A stretch of DNA of 64,000 nt from an uncultured Methanoregulaceae archaeon (lineage in GTDB: Archaea; Halobacteriota; Methanomicrobia; Methanomicrobiales; Methanospirillaceae): the NCBI GenBank assembly GCA_963705255.1, contig OY970061.1:96001-160000 (forward strand). Direction: 5' to 3'. Positions 10,491-20,421 of the stretch are shown in pieces. A model generated the notes under the pieces. That model searched no databases. It was not told the DNA's origin and saw nothing but the letters and a program-made list of their open reading frames with translations. The translations under genes were made by a program, and so were the position numbers. Each line of letters begins with the position of its first letter. Within the stretch, counting starts at the first letter, position 1.

Positions 10491-11603
10491 ATGTTACTCT
10501 CCCGGTCTCCCGGACGGCCGGTTCATCTTCTGCTGGTAGACGATGAGCCGCTGCTCCTCGAAGTCGGCAAGCTGTTTATCGAGCAGCACTTTCATATGGA
10601 TGTAACAACTGCTGAATCGGCAGCCGACGCCCTGGAAAAAATCGGCACAAGTACGTTTGATGTAGTCGTCTCCGATTACCAGATGCCGGAGATCGACGGG
10701 ATTGCGTTCCTGAAGATGATACGGAAGACTGCTCCTTTTCTGCCGTTCATCCTCTTCACCGGGAAGGGCAGGGAAGAAGTCGTCATCGATGCCATCAACC
10801 ACGGGGCGACCTTCTACATGCAGAAAGGCGGGGAACCGAAGGCGCAATATGCTGAACTTTCGCACAAGATCCGCCGTGCCGTGGACCAGTGCCGCTCCGA
10901 GTCCGCGCTTCGTGAAACGAATGACGTGCTGAACGCGATCCTTGCCGCATCGCCGAACGGGATCGCCCTCGTCCGGGAACGTACGCTCCAGTGGGTGAAT
11001 GATTCCCTCGCCCGGATGCTGGGATATTCGCCCGCAGACCTTGTCGGCATGCACATTTGCCGGCTCTACGAGAATGAAGAGACCTACCGGCAGATAGGAG
11101 GCCAGATCGTCAGCGACCTGAAAGAGACCGGCAGATCGAAAGTGACAACACGGTTCCTTCACCGCAGGGGATTTGCTATCGATTGCGAGATCCATATCGC
11201 GCCCCTTGACCGGGGTAATCTTCACTTCGGCCACATGATCATGATGACCGATATATCCCGGAAACTGGCTGCGGCGCGGGAACTCAAGAACATCGCGGTC
11301 TTCCCCCACCTCGAGCTTACGCCGGTCATCGAACTGAATATCAACGGCCGGATAACCTACTTCAACGATGCAGCAATCGAAGCCATGGTAGAATGCGGAA
11401 ACGGTGCCCGGCTCGAGTCGTTCATCCCGAAGGATATCCGCGGGATCCTGGCCGATATCGACCGGGCCATCCTTCATTCAGTATACCGTACCGTGAAGGT
11501 CGGACTTACCGAATTCCGGGTCCACGTCACTCTGAGTTCGCGGTTCCGGATCGCCAGGATCTCTGCCATTCATACCGGTAAGAGGCCCGAAGAAGACTCT
11601 TGA
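10491..11603 (+). CDS. Response regulator receiver + PAS domain protein
   Basis: LLVDDEP, SDYQMP, FTGKG; PAS region with WVNDSLARMLGYS; start uncertain. Confidence 0.85.
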   Translation: MLLSRSPGRPVHLLLVDDEPLLLEVGKLFIEQHFHMDVTTAESAADALEKIGTSTFDVVVSDYQMPEIDGIAFLKMIRKTAPFLPFILFTGKGREEVVIDAINHGATFYMQKGGEPKAQYAELSHKIRRAVDQCRSESALRETNDVLNAILAASPNGIALVRERTLQWVNDSLARMLGYSPADLVGMHICRLYENEETYRQIGGQIVSDLKETGRSKVTTRFLHRRGFAIDCEIHIAPLDRGNLHFGHMIMMTDISRKLAAARELKNIAVFPHLELTPVIELNINGRITYFNDAAIEAMVECGNGARLESFIPKDIRGILADIDRAILHSVYRTVKVGLTEFRVHVTLSSRFRIARISAIHTGKRPEEDS

Positions 11604-11690
11604 GCCTGATCGCGGGCGGCGGCCCGGTACCCCGGCTGCCAGATCCCATTGAATACCTTCATCAAACCTTCAGGCGATAGGTACGACAGA

Positions 11691-12971
11691 ATGGACCAGC
11701 AGAATTTTTTTACCAGTCTCAGGCCATCCCTGCTCGTGGTATTTCTCGGTACGCTTGTCGTGATGACCATTTTTGAGCTGGTCAAGCAGATTCTGGATCC
11801 CGGGATCACCGTGTGGGAATCCCACACCCTCACCATCCTGTTCACCAGCTGCCTTGCGATCGTCATAGCCTATTTCACCTTCCAGTCTCTCCATGCAGCG
11901 CACCAGACAGCATCGGAAGAGCTTGCGAAGAGGATTGCCGCCGAGAACCTCCTGAGGACGTCTGAAGCCCGGTACCGCTCGTTTGTTGAGTCTGCCGATG
12001 AATCGATCTATACGGTCGATCCCGAGGGAAAGTACCTGCTGATGAATACCCATCATCTCGAACGGCAGGGAATTTCTTCCGGGGAATTCCAGGGAAAAAC
12101 GTATGCCGATCTTCATTCCCGTGAAGAGACCGGGCGGTTTTCGGCCCTTGTTAAAAAAGTGATCAGCACCGGATCTTCCCTTCAGGATGAGTACGGGCGG
12201 AAGGGGAGATATTTTCTCCGGCAGCTGAACCCGGTCATCGACCCGGCATCCGGCGAGGTCATTGCCGTAACCGTGATCTCAAGCAACATAACCGAAAGAA
12301 AACAGGCAGAGAAGGCGATCCTTGAGGCCAACCGGAAACTCAACCTCATGAACAATGTAACCCGGCACGATATCCTCAACCAGCTCTCCGCCCTTTCCGG
12401 GTATCTGGTACTGGGGAAAGAGCAGAATGACATAACAAAATCCCGGGAATTCTTTGAGAAATGTGAACGCGCTGCAGATACCATCCGCTCCCAGATCTCC
12501 TTCACAAAGGAATATCAGGATATCGGAGTGCATGCCCCCGAGTGGCAGGACCTGCACGAAACCATCGAGCGTTCACGGGGATTGCTCGTACTTGGCACTA
12601 TCCAGCTGCAGAATGACTGCGCCGGGTACGAACTCTATGCCGATCCTCTCCTCAAGAAGGTCTTTTACAACCTGGCTGACAACGCCCTCCGGTATGCAGT
12701 CCCGTTCACCCGCATCCGTTTTTCATGCGAGCAGCACCGGGGATCTCTCGTAATCATCTGCGAAGACGATGGAGCCGGGATTCCCCCTGAGGAAAAAATC
12801 CGGATCTTCCAGAGGGGATACGGGAAAAATACCGGGTACGGGCTCTTTCTCATCAGGGAGATCCTTTCGATCACCGGTCTCACCATATCAGAAACCGGGG
12901 AACCGGGGAAAGGTGCACGGTTCGAGATTGTGGTTCCGGAAGGCAGTTACCGGGCAGCAAGTGAAAAATAA
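11691..12971 (+). CDS. Membrane PAS sensor histidine kinase
   Basis: Two TMs, PAS, RHDILN H-box, NLADNA, DDGAG, GYGLF. Confidence 0.9.
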   Translation: MDQQNFFTSLRPSLLVVFLGTLVVMTIFELVKQILDPGITVWESHTLTILFTSCLAIVIAYFTFQSLHAAHQTASEELAKRIAAENLLRTSEARYRSFVESADESIYTVDPEGKYLLMNTHHLERQGISSGEFQGKTYADLHSREETGRFSALVKKVISTGSSLQDEYGRKGRYFLRQLNPVIDPASGEVIAVTVISSNITERKQAEKAILEANRKLNLMNNVTRHDILNQLSALSGYLVLGKEQNDITKSREFFEKCERAADTIRSQISFTKEYQDIGVHAPEWQDLHETIERSRGLLVLGTIQLQNDCAGYELYADPLLKKVFYNLADNALRYAVPFTRIRFSCEQHRGSLVIICEDDGAGIPPEEKIRIFQRGYGKNTGYGLFLIREILSITGLTISETGEPGKGARFEIVVPEGSYRAASEK

Positions 12972-13175
12972 ACCTGGTCGGCCTGTCAACGGAGGCAGGT
13001 CAATCTGAGCAAAATGCTCTGCGGAACCTGCGTATCCATCGCAGTGTTTTTTACTCCCCGGCCCCAAATCTGACCGCGAATGCGGAATTTTTATCTCTTC
13101 TACGCGGCGTAAAACCACATCCGTCAGGGAAACGATCCCCCTGCTGAGCTTGTTTCGACAGACTGGATTTACTCT

Positions 13176-13439
13176 TCACTCCGTCTCCCCTGCGACGATC
13201 CTTCTCGTCATGGTGACGATCCACTTCCGGTTCAGGTACAGGTGGATGAATACCAGCACTCCCAGGAGGATACCCGACTGGTCGTGGAGGTCGGACAGGA
13301 ATGCAGAGGGCAGGACCACGTTGTTCAGCCCCGACAGCTGCAATAACACGGTATATTTGAGGAGCCCGGTCACAAAGCAGACCAGGAACGCAATTCCCAT
13401 CAGGAGATCAACCGCCCATATGAGAATCTGGGGTTTCAT
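13176..13439 (-). CDS. DUF4405-like small membrane protein (possible heme b-binding His)
   Basis: Two TMs; TGLL, LHD.SG...IHL.LN..W pattern. Confidence 0.7.
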   Translation of the reverse strand: MKPQILIWAVDLLMGIAFLVCFVTGLLKYTVLLQLSGLNNVVLPSAFLSDLHDQSGILLGVLVFIHLYLNRKWIVTMTRRIVAGETE

Positions 13440-13504
13440 CGCCACTCATCTTTCCCGTTCCATGGTATGGGGCGGGAGATAATGGATGTTTGGAAAGTGG
13501 CAGG

Positions 13505-14248
13505 TCACCAGTTGGGCATGGGGAACCCTTTTGCCATGAACGCTGACCCGATCTCGCGCTTCAGCTGTTGGATCCGGTCTTCGCTGGACCGCGTGGTCAT
13601 CACCATCTGTTCGATGACCTTCTTTGCCTCGCTGTTGGTGATCTCCTCCCGCACCGGCCCCCGGTAGGTCTTCTCCAGCATGCCGATCAGTTTCCGGTTG
13701 ACCGATACGCGCTTGGAGAGTTTGGCAAATTCGCAGAACATCTCCTTGTCAACCCCCGCTTTCTTCGCAAGCACGATTGATTCCTCGATCTTCCGCTTCC
13801 GCAACAGCACCTGCTCGACCGCAGCATAGAGATCGTTCTGGCCGAACGGCTTCATGACATAGTCCTCGATGCAGATGTTGTACTGCCGTGCCTCGGCAGG
13901 CGTGATCGCCATGCCGGTCAGGATCAGGGTGGGAATGGTTTTGGTCCGGGGGTCTTTCTTGATGTGTTCAAGCGTCTTCCACCCGTCCATGGGGGCCATC
14001 AGGACATCGAGAAGTATGACCCCGGGGCGCTCTTTTTTCAGGATATCGAGGCACTCCTGCCCGCCCGATGCAATGATGCTGGGGTAGCCTTTCCTGTCGA
14101 GGAAGAGCTTGATAAGATAGGAAATATCCGGGTCGTCATCGACGATGAGGATCATCTCTTTTTCCGACCGCCCGGCTTCCTCTCCCGTAAACAGCGTCCT
14201 GACTGCGTCCATATAACGGGACATCCGGTTCTGCGGGGGAGCTTCCAT
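13505..14248 (-). CDS. Response regulator receiver protein with helical C-terminal extension
   Basis: ILIVDDDPD, LLDVLMAPMDG, YVMKPF; start uncertain. Confidence 0.85.
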   Translation of the reverse strand: MEAPPQNRMSRYMDAVRTLFTGEEAGRSEKEMILIVDDDPDISYLIKLFLDRKGYPSIIASGGQECLDILKKERPGVILLDVLMAPMDGWKTLEHIKKDPRTKTIPTLILTGMAITPAEARQYNICIEDYVMKPFGQNDLYAAVEQVLLRKRKIEESIVLAKKAGVDKEMFCEFAKLSKRVSVNRKLIGMLEKTYRGPVREEITNSEAKKVIEQMVMTTRSSEDRIQQLKREIGSAFMAKGFPMPNW

Positions 14249-14332
14249 GAGCTGATACTGAGTATCCCGATTGACAATAAAAATGTTATTATAATTCCAT
14301 AGCGCCGCAGGAAACTCTTCCTCACGGGATGG

Positions 14333-14827
14333 CTATCGCTCCCGCAGTTCCCGCCCGATCCGTTCGGAAATATGCTTCCCGTGCGATCCGTTCCAGTAGA
14401 GTTTCCCGCACTGTCCGCACCAGAAGAAGGTGAGTCCGGTCCTGTCCCGGGGGGCATAGTCCGAACCGGCAATCTCCGCTTCGTCCGCGTCGCGCAGGGG
14501 AGTGTTGCAGAGCGAGCACCGGCTCAGGTCCAGCCGCCGCCTCGCAAACCCGAGGTCGATCAGTTGTTGCACCTGCTCCATCACGTTCTCGGAGATGATG
14601 AAGACGGCCTGCTCTCTCCCGCGCCGGGCGAGTTCTGCGTCCCGTGTGAGGAGGACCCGGTGCTCCTGCCGTGCCATGTCGAGGAGCAGGGTGTCCTCTT
14701 TACTGTTCCCGGCGGCAAGCCTGTTTGCGCTCGTGGTGTCATAGCCCATGAACCGGAGGTAGCGGGTCAGGGTGCCCAGCATCCGGTCGGCGATGAACCG
14801 GGTCTCCGTGGAGGTATCAGCCGGCAT
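14333..14827 (-). CDS. Mut7-C RNase (PIN-like, DUF82) domain protein with zinc ribbon
   Basis: FIADRMLGTLTRYLRFMGYDT, LLTRD, RCSLCN, CGQCGKLYWNGSH. Confidence 0.9.
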   Translation of the reverse strand: MPADTSTETRFIADRMLGTLTRYLRFMGYDTTSANRLAAGNSKEDTLLLDMARQEHRVLLTRDAELARRGREQAVFIISENVMEQVQQLIDLGFARRRLDLSRCSLCNTPLRDADEAEIAGSDYAPRDRTGLTFFWCGQCGKLYWNGSHGKHISERIGRELRER

Positions 14828-15830
14828 GCCGCACGATCTCGATGGTTTCCCCGCATTTCCTGCACTGCTGCCCTTCGAGCTCCCGGAACCGGCTCGAGAA
14901 CCCCTGGCGCTCGATGAGGATCTCCCCGCACGACGGGCAGTACGTGTTCTCGTACTCGTGGTGGTACACGTTCCCGAGGTACGGGAAGCGGAGCCCGAGT
15001 TCTTTCGCCTTCCGGTAGATCTTCTCGAGTGTGGCGACCGGGGTCGCCCCGCGGTCGGTCATCTTGTAATCCGGGTGGAATGCCGAGAAGTGCATGGGGG
15101 TTGCAGGCCCGAGGTGTTCGATCACCCACAGGATCAGGTCCTTCATCTCGTCCATGCCGTCATTGAGGCCGGGGATGACGAGGGTGACGGTCTCGACGTG
15201 CATGCCGAGCTCGCGTGCGAGGGCCGCTGAATCGAGCACCGGCTGGAGCCGGGCGCCGCAGACCTTCCGGTAAAAGTCGTCGCTGAACGCCTTGAGATCG
15301 ACCCGGTACGCCCCGAGCATGGGGGCGAGCTCCCGCAGGACCTCTTCGGTGATGTAGCCGTTCGTCACGTACACGGTGCCAAGTCCCTTCTTTTTTGCCA
15401 GCATGCCCATGTCGAGGGGGTACTCGTGCCAGATCGCGGGCTCGTTATAGGTCCACGAGATGCTCCCGCTCCCGCTTTCCCGTGCACGGCTCACCCCTTC
15501 TTCCGGGGAGAGGTCGTGGAGCACCGCCCCTTTGAGTTCAGCCCTCGAGATATGCCAGTTCTGGCAGTGCTCGCAGTGGAAGTTGCACCCCACGCTGCCA
15601 AGTGAATAGGACAATGTCCCGGGCAGGTAGTGGAACAGGGGTTTCTTCTCGATCGGGTCGACGGCCTCCGCGCTGATCTTCCCGTACGTTGCCGCGTAGA
15701 GCGTGCCCTGTTCGTTGATGCGGACCCCGCAAATCCCGTGCTTTCCCTCTTGTATCGTGCAGCGGTGGTTGCAGAGGGAACATTTCACTGTCCTGTTCTC
15801 AAGTTTTGCATACTGGAGGGCTTCGTGCAT
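14817..15830 (-). CDS. AmmeMemoRadiSam system radical SAM enzyme (PFL-activase-like)
   Basis: CSLCNHRC...GICGVR, DPIEKKPLFHYLPG, CNFHCEHCQNW, YNEP, C-terminal CPSCG. Confidence 0.9.
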   Translation of the reverse strand: MHEALQYAKLENRTVKCSLCNHRCTIQEGKHGICGVRINEQGTLYAATYGKISAEAVDPIEKKPLFHYLPGTLSYSLGSVGCNFHCEHCQNWHISRAELKGAVLHDLSPEEGVSRARESGSGSISWTYNEPAIWHEYPLDMGMLAKKKGLGTVYVTNGYITEEVLRELAPMLGAYRVDLKAFSDDFYRKVCGARLQPVLDSAALARELGMHVETVTLVIPGLNDGMDEMKDLILWVIEHLGPATPMHFSAFHPDYKMTDRGATPVATLEKIYRKAKELGLRFPYLGNVYHHEYENTYCPSCGEILIERQGFSSRFRELEGQQCRKCGETIEIVRHAG

Positions 15831-15967
15831 GGGTATCTCCGGATGGAGGATCGTTCTTCCTGAACATGAAGATATGGGTGCTGTGGGGTACTCTTCCGTT
15901 TCCGTTGAAAATCGTATTATTCGGATATCACTGGAGGGTGGTTTCTCTTTTATCTTTGCGATGAACG

Positions 15968-16140
15968 CCGCCGCACTCGAAGAACTCTGACGAGTTCTTC
16001 TCATCCTAGAGGTCCTGATGAACCTCTTCGGTGTCGAAGATTGATATCTTCTCACCAGCCTTCGACTGCCCCAACGGGGAGCCACCGTAACCAGATGGTC
16101 AGGGGTAGCTGGAGAAAATTCTCTGAAAGAGAATTTTCAA
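15968..16140. repeat. Modular palindromic hairpin repeat cluster, copy A
   Basis: TCGAAG-AACTC-TGAC-GAGTT-CTTCTC, AGAGGTCC-TGAT-GAACCTCT, TCGAAG-ATTGATAT-CTTCTC and GAAAATTCTCT-GAA-AGAGAATTTTC hairpins. Confidence 0.75.
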
Positions 16141-16166
16141 CTCGCTCCGCGGCGGTTCAACCTCCT

Positions 16167-16352
16167 TGCCCCGCCGTGCTCGAAGAATTCTGGCGATTTC
16201 TTCTCATCCTCGGGGTTCTGATAAACCCCTTCGGAACTCGAAGTTCCTGCGAACTTCTCACACTTCGCGGTTCTGACGAACCACTCATAAGTCGAAGTTG
16301 CACTTCTCCACAGCCCTGCGGGCTGTCCTCGGAGAGGTCCTGAGGCGGGGAG
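16167..16352. repeat. Modular palindromic hairpin element, copy B (closed by CCCCGCC/GGCGGGG)
   Basis: 16237-16337 is identical to 19441-19541; carries an extra 58-bp module relative to copy C. Confidence 0.9.
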
Positions 16353-16588
16353 TTCTCGTAACTGAACGATTATCATGGTTTCGGAGTGAATTCGATTGAT
16401 TCATGTCTGTTTTCGTTGAGAAGAGTCCCTGGCCGAACAGCAGTAAATATCCGAAACCCGCTGATCCGGGCCGCCAGGGAAACGGACGGCAGATGTACCG
16501 GAAAAGGCCGCCGTTTACCCGGAAGAAAACCTTTTCCCTGTCCCTGCAAAAATACCAGTATGGTTCGGAAGCGGGAAGGGAGGACCCT

Positions 16589-18316
16589 ATGAGCTGGCAG
16601 TACTCCCCCCTTGCGCTTGTCCTTGCGATTTCAGCAGTTCTTCTCGGGTCATTCACGCTCTTTGCATGGAAACGCCGCCATATCCCGGGGATAATCCCGG
16701 TTCTTGTTCTCTTCGCTGCCGCAACAGTCTGGCTGGGCACATCCGCGTTCTCGCTGGCGCATACTGATCTCACAACAGCAATCTCGATGGACCGGCTGGC
16801 GTATCCTGCAATCGTCACCATCCCCGTTGCGTACCTGCTCTTTGCACTCTGGTATACCGAGCATGACAACCGGCCTTCCCGTCTCTTCCTTGCGCTCCTT
16901 TTCGTGATCCCGGTCCTGTCGGTCTGCCTTGTTCTGACGAATGATTTTCACCACCTGTATTATACCGGCTTTTCTGCCATCGGGGGCCCGAGGAATTCTC
17001 TTATCTGGACATTCAGCCGCGGCCCGCTCTTCTGGATCACCGCGTCCTACTCGTTTGTCCTTATCCTGACGGCGTTCCTCCTCTTTGTTCTCCGCTACCG
17101 GACAGTGGGAACGCTGTTCCGTACCCAGATATACCTTATCCTTGCAGCGGGTTCTGTCCCCTTTCTTGCAACCCTTTTCTATATCTTCGACCTCGGACCC
17201 GATCCTGGGTTCGACTGGACCCCGGTTACCTTCGTGATCTCGGGCTTTGCACTCATTGCTGCAACGCTCAACTTCGAGCTCTTTTCCCTGCAGCCCCTGA
17301 CGCATTCCCTCCTCGTAAAGACGATGAAGGATGGCGTTGTTGCTACAAATGCGGACGGCCGCATAACGCTCATCAACCCTGCCGGAACAGCTCTGCTCGG
17401 GGTATCTGAAGACGAGGGGGTGGGCCGGCAACTGGCCAGATGCGTGCCAGGACTGGCACGCTTTGTCGCTCCTGCCGGGACACCGGGAGTGGAGGGGGGC
17501 GAGATCACGCTTCCAGCCCGGGGTTCCCCCCGCATCTATGACGTCCAGACCGTTACCATCCCGTCTGAAGGATATCATGAGGGAGGCCATATTCTTACGT
17601 TCCGCGACGTGACGGACAGGAAAAATGCCGAGACCGCTTTCCGGAAGGCGAACTCCCAGCTCAACCTCCTCTCCAGCATCATCCGGCACGATGTGAAGAA
17701 CAAGCTGACCGCCCTCTTCATCTACCTCGACCTCGCTTCAGACCAGGAGGTGGGGAACGGGCAGGGGGAAGACCTCGCAAAAGCACGCGGTTCGGCAGAA
17801 GGGATCCTGACCCTTGTCGATTTTACCCAGAAATACCAGGACCTCGGTGTTGCCGCGCCGTCCTGGCAGAACGTCGGGGAGCTCCTGAAGGAAGCAGCGG
17901 GCCATCTCGATTGTTCCGGTGTCCGGATCGTTGACGATACCCGGGGGCTTGAACTGCTCGCAGACAAGCTCTTCGAGAGGGTGATCTACAACCTCCTCGA
18001 CAACGCGCTCAGGTATGCACACGGGATGCAGACATTTTCCGTCAGGTACACCCTGAAGGACGGGGCCCTCGTCCTCTATGCGGAAGATGACGGCCCGGGA
18101 GTTCCGGCCGGTGAGAAGAAACGGATCTTTGAGCGGGGGTTCGGGAAAAATACCGGGCTCGGGCTCTTCCTCGTCAGGGAGATCCTCGGGATAACGGGAA
18201 TAACAATCCGTGAGAGCGGAGAACCGGGGAAGGGGGCGAGGTTCGAAATGACGGTCCCTCCGGGAGCGTTCCGGTTTTCAGGGCAGGACGCGACCGGCGG
18301 GGTCCTGCCCGGCTGA
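16589..18316 (+). CDS. 7TM (HisKA_7TM-type) PAS sensor histidine kinase
   Basis: N-terminal multi-TM with LTNDFHHLYY, PAS, RHDVKN, NLLDNA, DDGPG, GLGLF. Confidence 0.9.
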   Translation: MSWQYSPLALVLAISAVLLGSFTLFAWKRRHIPGIIPVLVLFAAATVWLGTSAFSLAHTDLTTAISMDRLAYPAIVTIPVAYLLFALWYTEHDNRPSRLFLALLFVIPVLSVCLVLTNDFHHLYYTGFSAIGGPRNSLIWTFSRGPLFWITASYSFVLILTAFLLFVLRYRTVGTLFRTQIYLILAAGSVPFLATLFYIFDLGPDPGFDWTPVTFVISGFALIAATLNFELFSLQPLTHSLLVKTMKDGVVATNADGRITLINPAGTALLGVSEDEGVGRQLARCVPGLARFVAPAGTPGVEGGEITLPARGSPRIYDVQTVTIPSEGYHEGGHILTFRDVTDRKNAETAFRKANSQLNLLSSIIRHDVKNKLTALFIYLDLASDQEVGNGQGEDLAKARGSAEGILTLVDFTQKYQDLGVAAPSWQNVGELLKEAAGHLDCSGVRIVDDTRGLELLADKLFERVIYNLLDNALRYAHGMQTFSVRYTLKDGALVLYAEDDGPGVPAGEKKRIFERGFGKNTGLGLFLVREILGITGITIRESGEPGKGARFEMTVPPGAFRFSGQDATGGVLPG

Positions 18317-18393
18317 TGGTAGTACCGCTGCCGGCGTGAAGGGGCTCATTCTTTCGGTAAATGGAGGTCGGATCCTGAGGGCAGTGCTGACTG

Positions 18394-18549
18394 TCAGGGA
18401 TTTTCCGGTTCGGTATCTTCGGGAGAAGTATCAGCCTCAAGGACAAACGACCCCCGGTACCCGCATTTCTTGCAGAGGTATACCTGTCCGATGTACCCGC
18501 CGGCCACCGGAAAGATCTGGTCGCTTTTACAGGAAGGGCAGTAGAGCAT
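18394..18549 (-). CDS. Small zinc-ribbon protein
   Basis: MLYCPSCKS...YLCKKCGYRGSFVLE; divergent from pyrH. Confidence 0.75.
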   Translation of the reverse strand: MLYCPSCKSDQIFPVAGGYIGQVYLCKKCGYRGSFVLEADTSPEDTEPENP

Positions 18550-18592
18550 GGTCAACAACTCTATATGAGCACCCGGTACAAAAACTAGTGCA

Positions 18593-19297
18593 ATGAAGAA
18601 GGTTGTCATCTCGCTGGGCGGCTCCATCCTGATCCCGTCCCTCGAAAACCATACGATCAGGGAATACGTTCCCGTCCTGAGGAAGATCGCAAAGCACTGC
18701 CGCCTCTACGTTGTCGTCGGGGGAGGTGGCGAGGCCCGCAGGTACATCAGCATCACCCGCGAACTCGGGATCGACGAGGGCACATCCGATGAGGTCGGCA
18801 TCCTCGTTACCCGGCTGAACGCGACCATGCTGATCGCGGCCCTTGGCGAAGACGCGTACCCGAAAGTGGCGGAGAGCCACGCGGAGGCAAAGAAGTTCGG
18901 GGAGTCGGGAAAGATCGTGGTGATGGGGGGTATCACTCCCGGCCAGACGACCGATGCGGTGGCAGCGGTCCTCGCCGAACGGGTCGGTGCCGCGGTCTTC
19001 ATCAACGCGACCTCGGTGGACGGGATCTACACCGCCGACCCGAGGGAGGACCCGGACGCGACCCGGTTTGACGCGATGACACCGAAAAAACTGCTGGAGA
19101 TCGTGGGCGGCACCGCGCTTGGCGCCGGCTCGAACAACGTGCTGGATGTCGTCGCCGCACGGGTGGTGGAGAGGAGCCGCATCCCGCTCGTGGTCCTTGA
19201 CGGGCGCGAACCCAGGAACCTCTCGAATGCGGTCCTCAAGGGCAGATACCGGGGTACCGTAGTCTCGGACGGGGAGAAGAACCCGCTGCCTCTGTGA
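18593..19297 (+). CDS. pyrH: UMP kinase (archaeal type)
   Basis: VVISLGGS, VVVGGGGEARRYI, PGQTTDAVAA, VDGIYTADP. Confidence 0.95.
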   Translation: MKKVVISLGGSILIPSLENHTIREYVPVLRKIAKHCRLYVVVGGGGEARRYISITRELGIDEGTSDEVGILVTRLNATMLIAALGEDAYPKVAESHAEAKKFGESGKIVVMGGITPGQTTDAVAAVLAERVGAAVFINATSVDGIYTADPREDPDATRFDAMTPKKLLEIVGGTALGAGSNNVLDVVAARVVERSRIPLVVLDGREPRNLSNAVLKGRYRGTVVSDGEKNPLPL

Positions 19298-19428
19298 GAA
19301 ATAATCCTTCGGTTCTTCAAATCAGAAAAAATGAATGTTTTTTCCGCAGGAAAGATATTACCCGCACGAGTGATTTTTTGGAAAAAAGATGAAGGGCAGT
19401 GAATCAATATCTATCTCAATAACTTCCC

Positions 19429-19556
19429 TGCCCCGCCGTGCTCGAAGTTCCTGCGAACTTCTCACACTTCGCGGTTCTGACGAACCACTCATAAGTCGAA
19501 GTTGCACTTCTCCACAGCCCTGCGGGCTGTCCTCGGAGAGGCTCTGAGGCGGGGAG
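19429..19556. repeat. Modular palindromic hairpin element, copy C
   Basis: Near-identical to copy B minus one module; same CCCCGCC/GGCGGGG closure. Confidence 0.9.
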
Positions 19557-19648
19557 CCCTCGCTATATTTTTCGCGTAAATCTTTGATATGCAGAATCCA
19601 CATCTACCATACCCTTTTTTTATTCCCCCAGCCCATCTATGATGGCGC

Positions 19649-19723
19649 GGGGTAGTAGGGTAGCCTGGTCCATCCTAGAGCGTTTGGGACGCTTTGACGG
19701 CGGTTCGAATCCGCCCTACCCCA
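19649..19723 (+). tRNA. tRNA-Pro (TGG)
   Basis: Acceptor GGGGTAG/CTACCCC; anticodon arm GAGCG-TTTGGGA-CGCTT; T arm GGCGG-TTCGAAT-CCGCC. Confidence 0.95.
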
Positions 19724-19730
19724 TCGAGCT

Positions 19731-20378
19731 ATGAAAAAACAGGATGCCGCCCGGATCTATTCGCTCCTTCTGAAGCGCTATCCGGACGCCCGTGAATCCC
19801 CGGAGACCGTTGCCCGCGGCTCGCCGTTTGATGTGCTCATCCTGACAATCCTCTCCGCCCAGACGACCGACCGGGCGGTCCTCAGGGTGAAAGGACCGCT
19901 CTTTTCGGAATACCCGTCAGCGGCAGAACTGTCAAAGGCAAGGATCGAGGATGTGGAGACGATCATCCACAGCCTCGGCTACTACCACGCGAAAGCAAAA
20001 AACATCATCGCGGCTTCGCAGGCTATTCTCCTGAACTTCGGGGGAAACGTCCCGGCAACAATGGAGCAACTCCTGACGATCCCGGGCGTGGGTCGGAAGA
20101 CCGCCAATATCGTGATGTACCATGCATACGGCAGGAACGCGGGGATCGCGGTCGACACCCACGTCCGCCGATTGGCTCAGCGGATCGGGTTTTCTGAAAC
20201 CGACAATGTAAGCGTCATCGAGCAGGACCTTATGGTGCTCTTCCCCCGGGACCAGTGGGGGGACCTCACCGATCTCCTCATCGCCCACGGGCGGGCGACC
20301 TGCGATGCGAAGAAGCCGAGATGCGGCGAGTGCGTGATCCCGGAGTACTGCCGGTATTACCGGGACCTGAGGCGATAA
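19731..20378 (+). CDS. nth: Endonuclease III
   Basis: ILSAQTTD, HhH LLTIPGVGRKTAN, IAVDTHV, C-x6-C-x2-C-x5-C Fe-S motif. Confidence 0.95.
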   Translation: MKKQDAARIYSLLLKRYPDARESPETVARGSPFDVLILTILSAQTTDRAVLRVKGPLFSEYPSAAELSKARIEDVETIIHSLGYYHAKAKNIIAASQAILLNFGGNVPATMEQLLTIPGVGRKTANIVMYHAYGRNAGIAVDTHVRRLAQRIGFSETDNVSVIEQDLMVLFPRDQWGDLTDLLIAHGRATCDAKKPRCGECVIPEYCRYYRDLRR

Positions 20379-20421
20379 CCTGCACGGCGGTGCCGAGGCG
20401 CCCCTCCTTCATCCCCTCCCC

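Noticed and set aside
15985-16300. Hammerhead ribozyme (CTGANGA motifs)
   Set aside because: CTGANGA lies in hairpin loops, and I could not build stem II followed by GAAA and a cleavage triplet; the downstream motif is GAAG.
15968-19556. CRISPR array
   Set aside because: No constant repeat with unique equal-length spacers; the variable parts are self-complementary stems and no cas genes are present.
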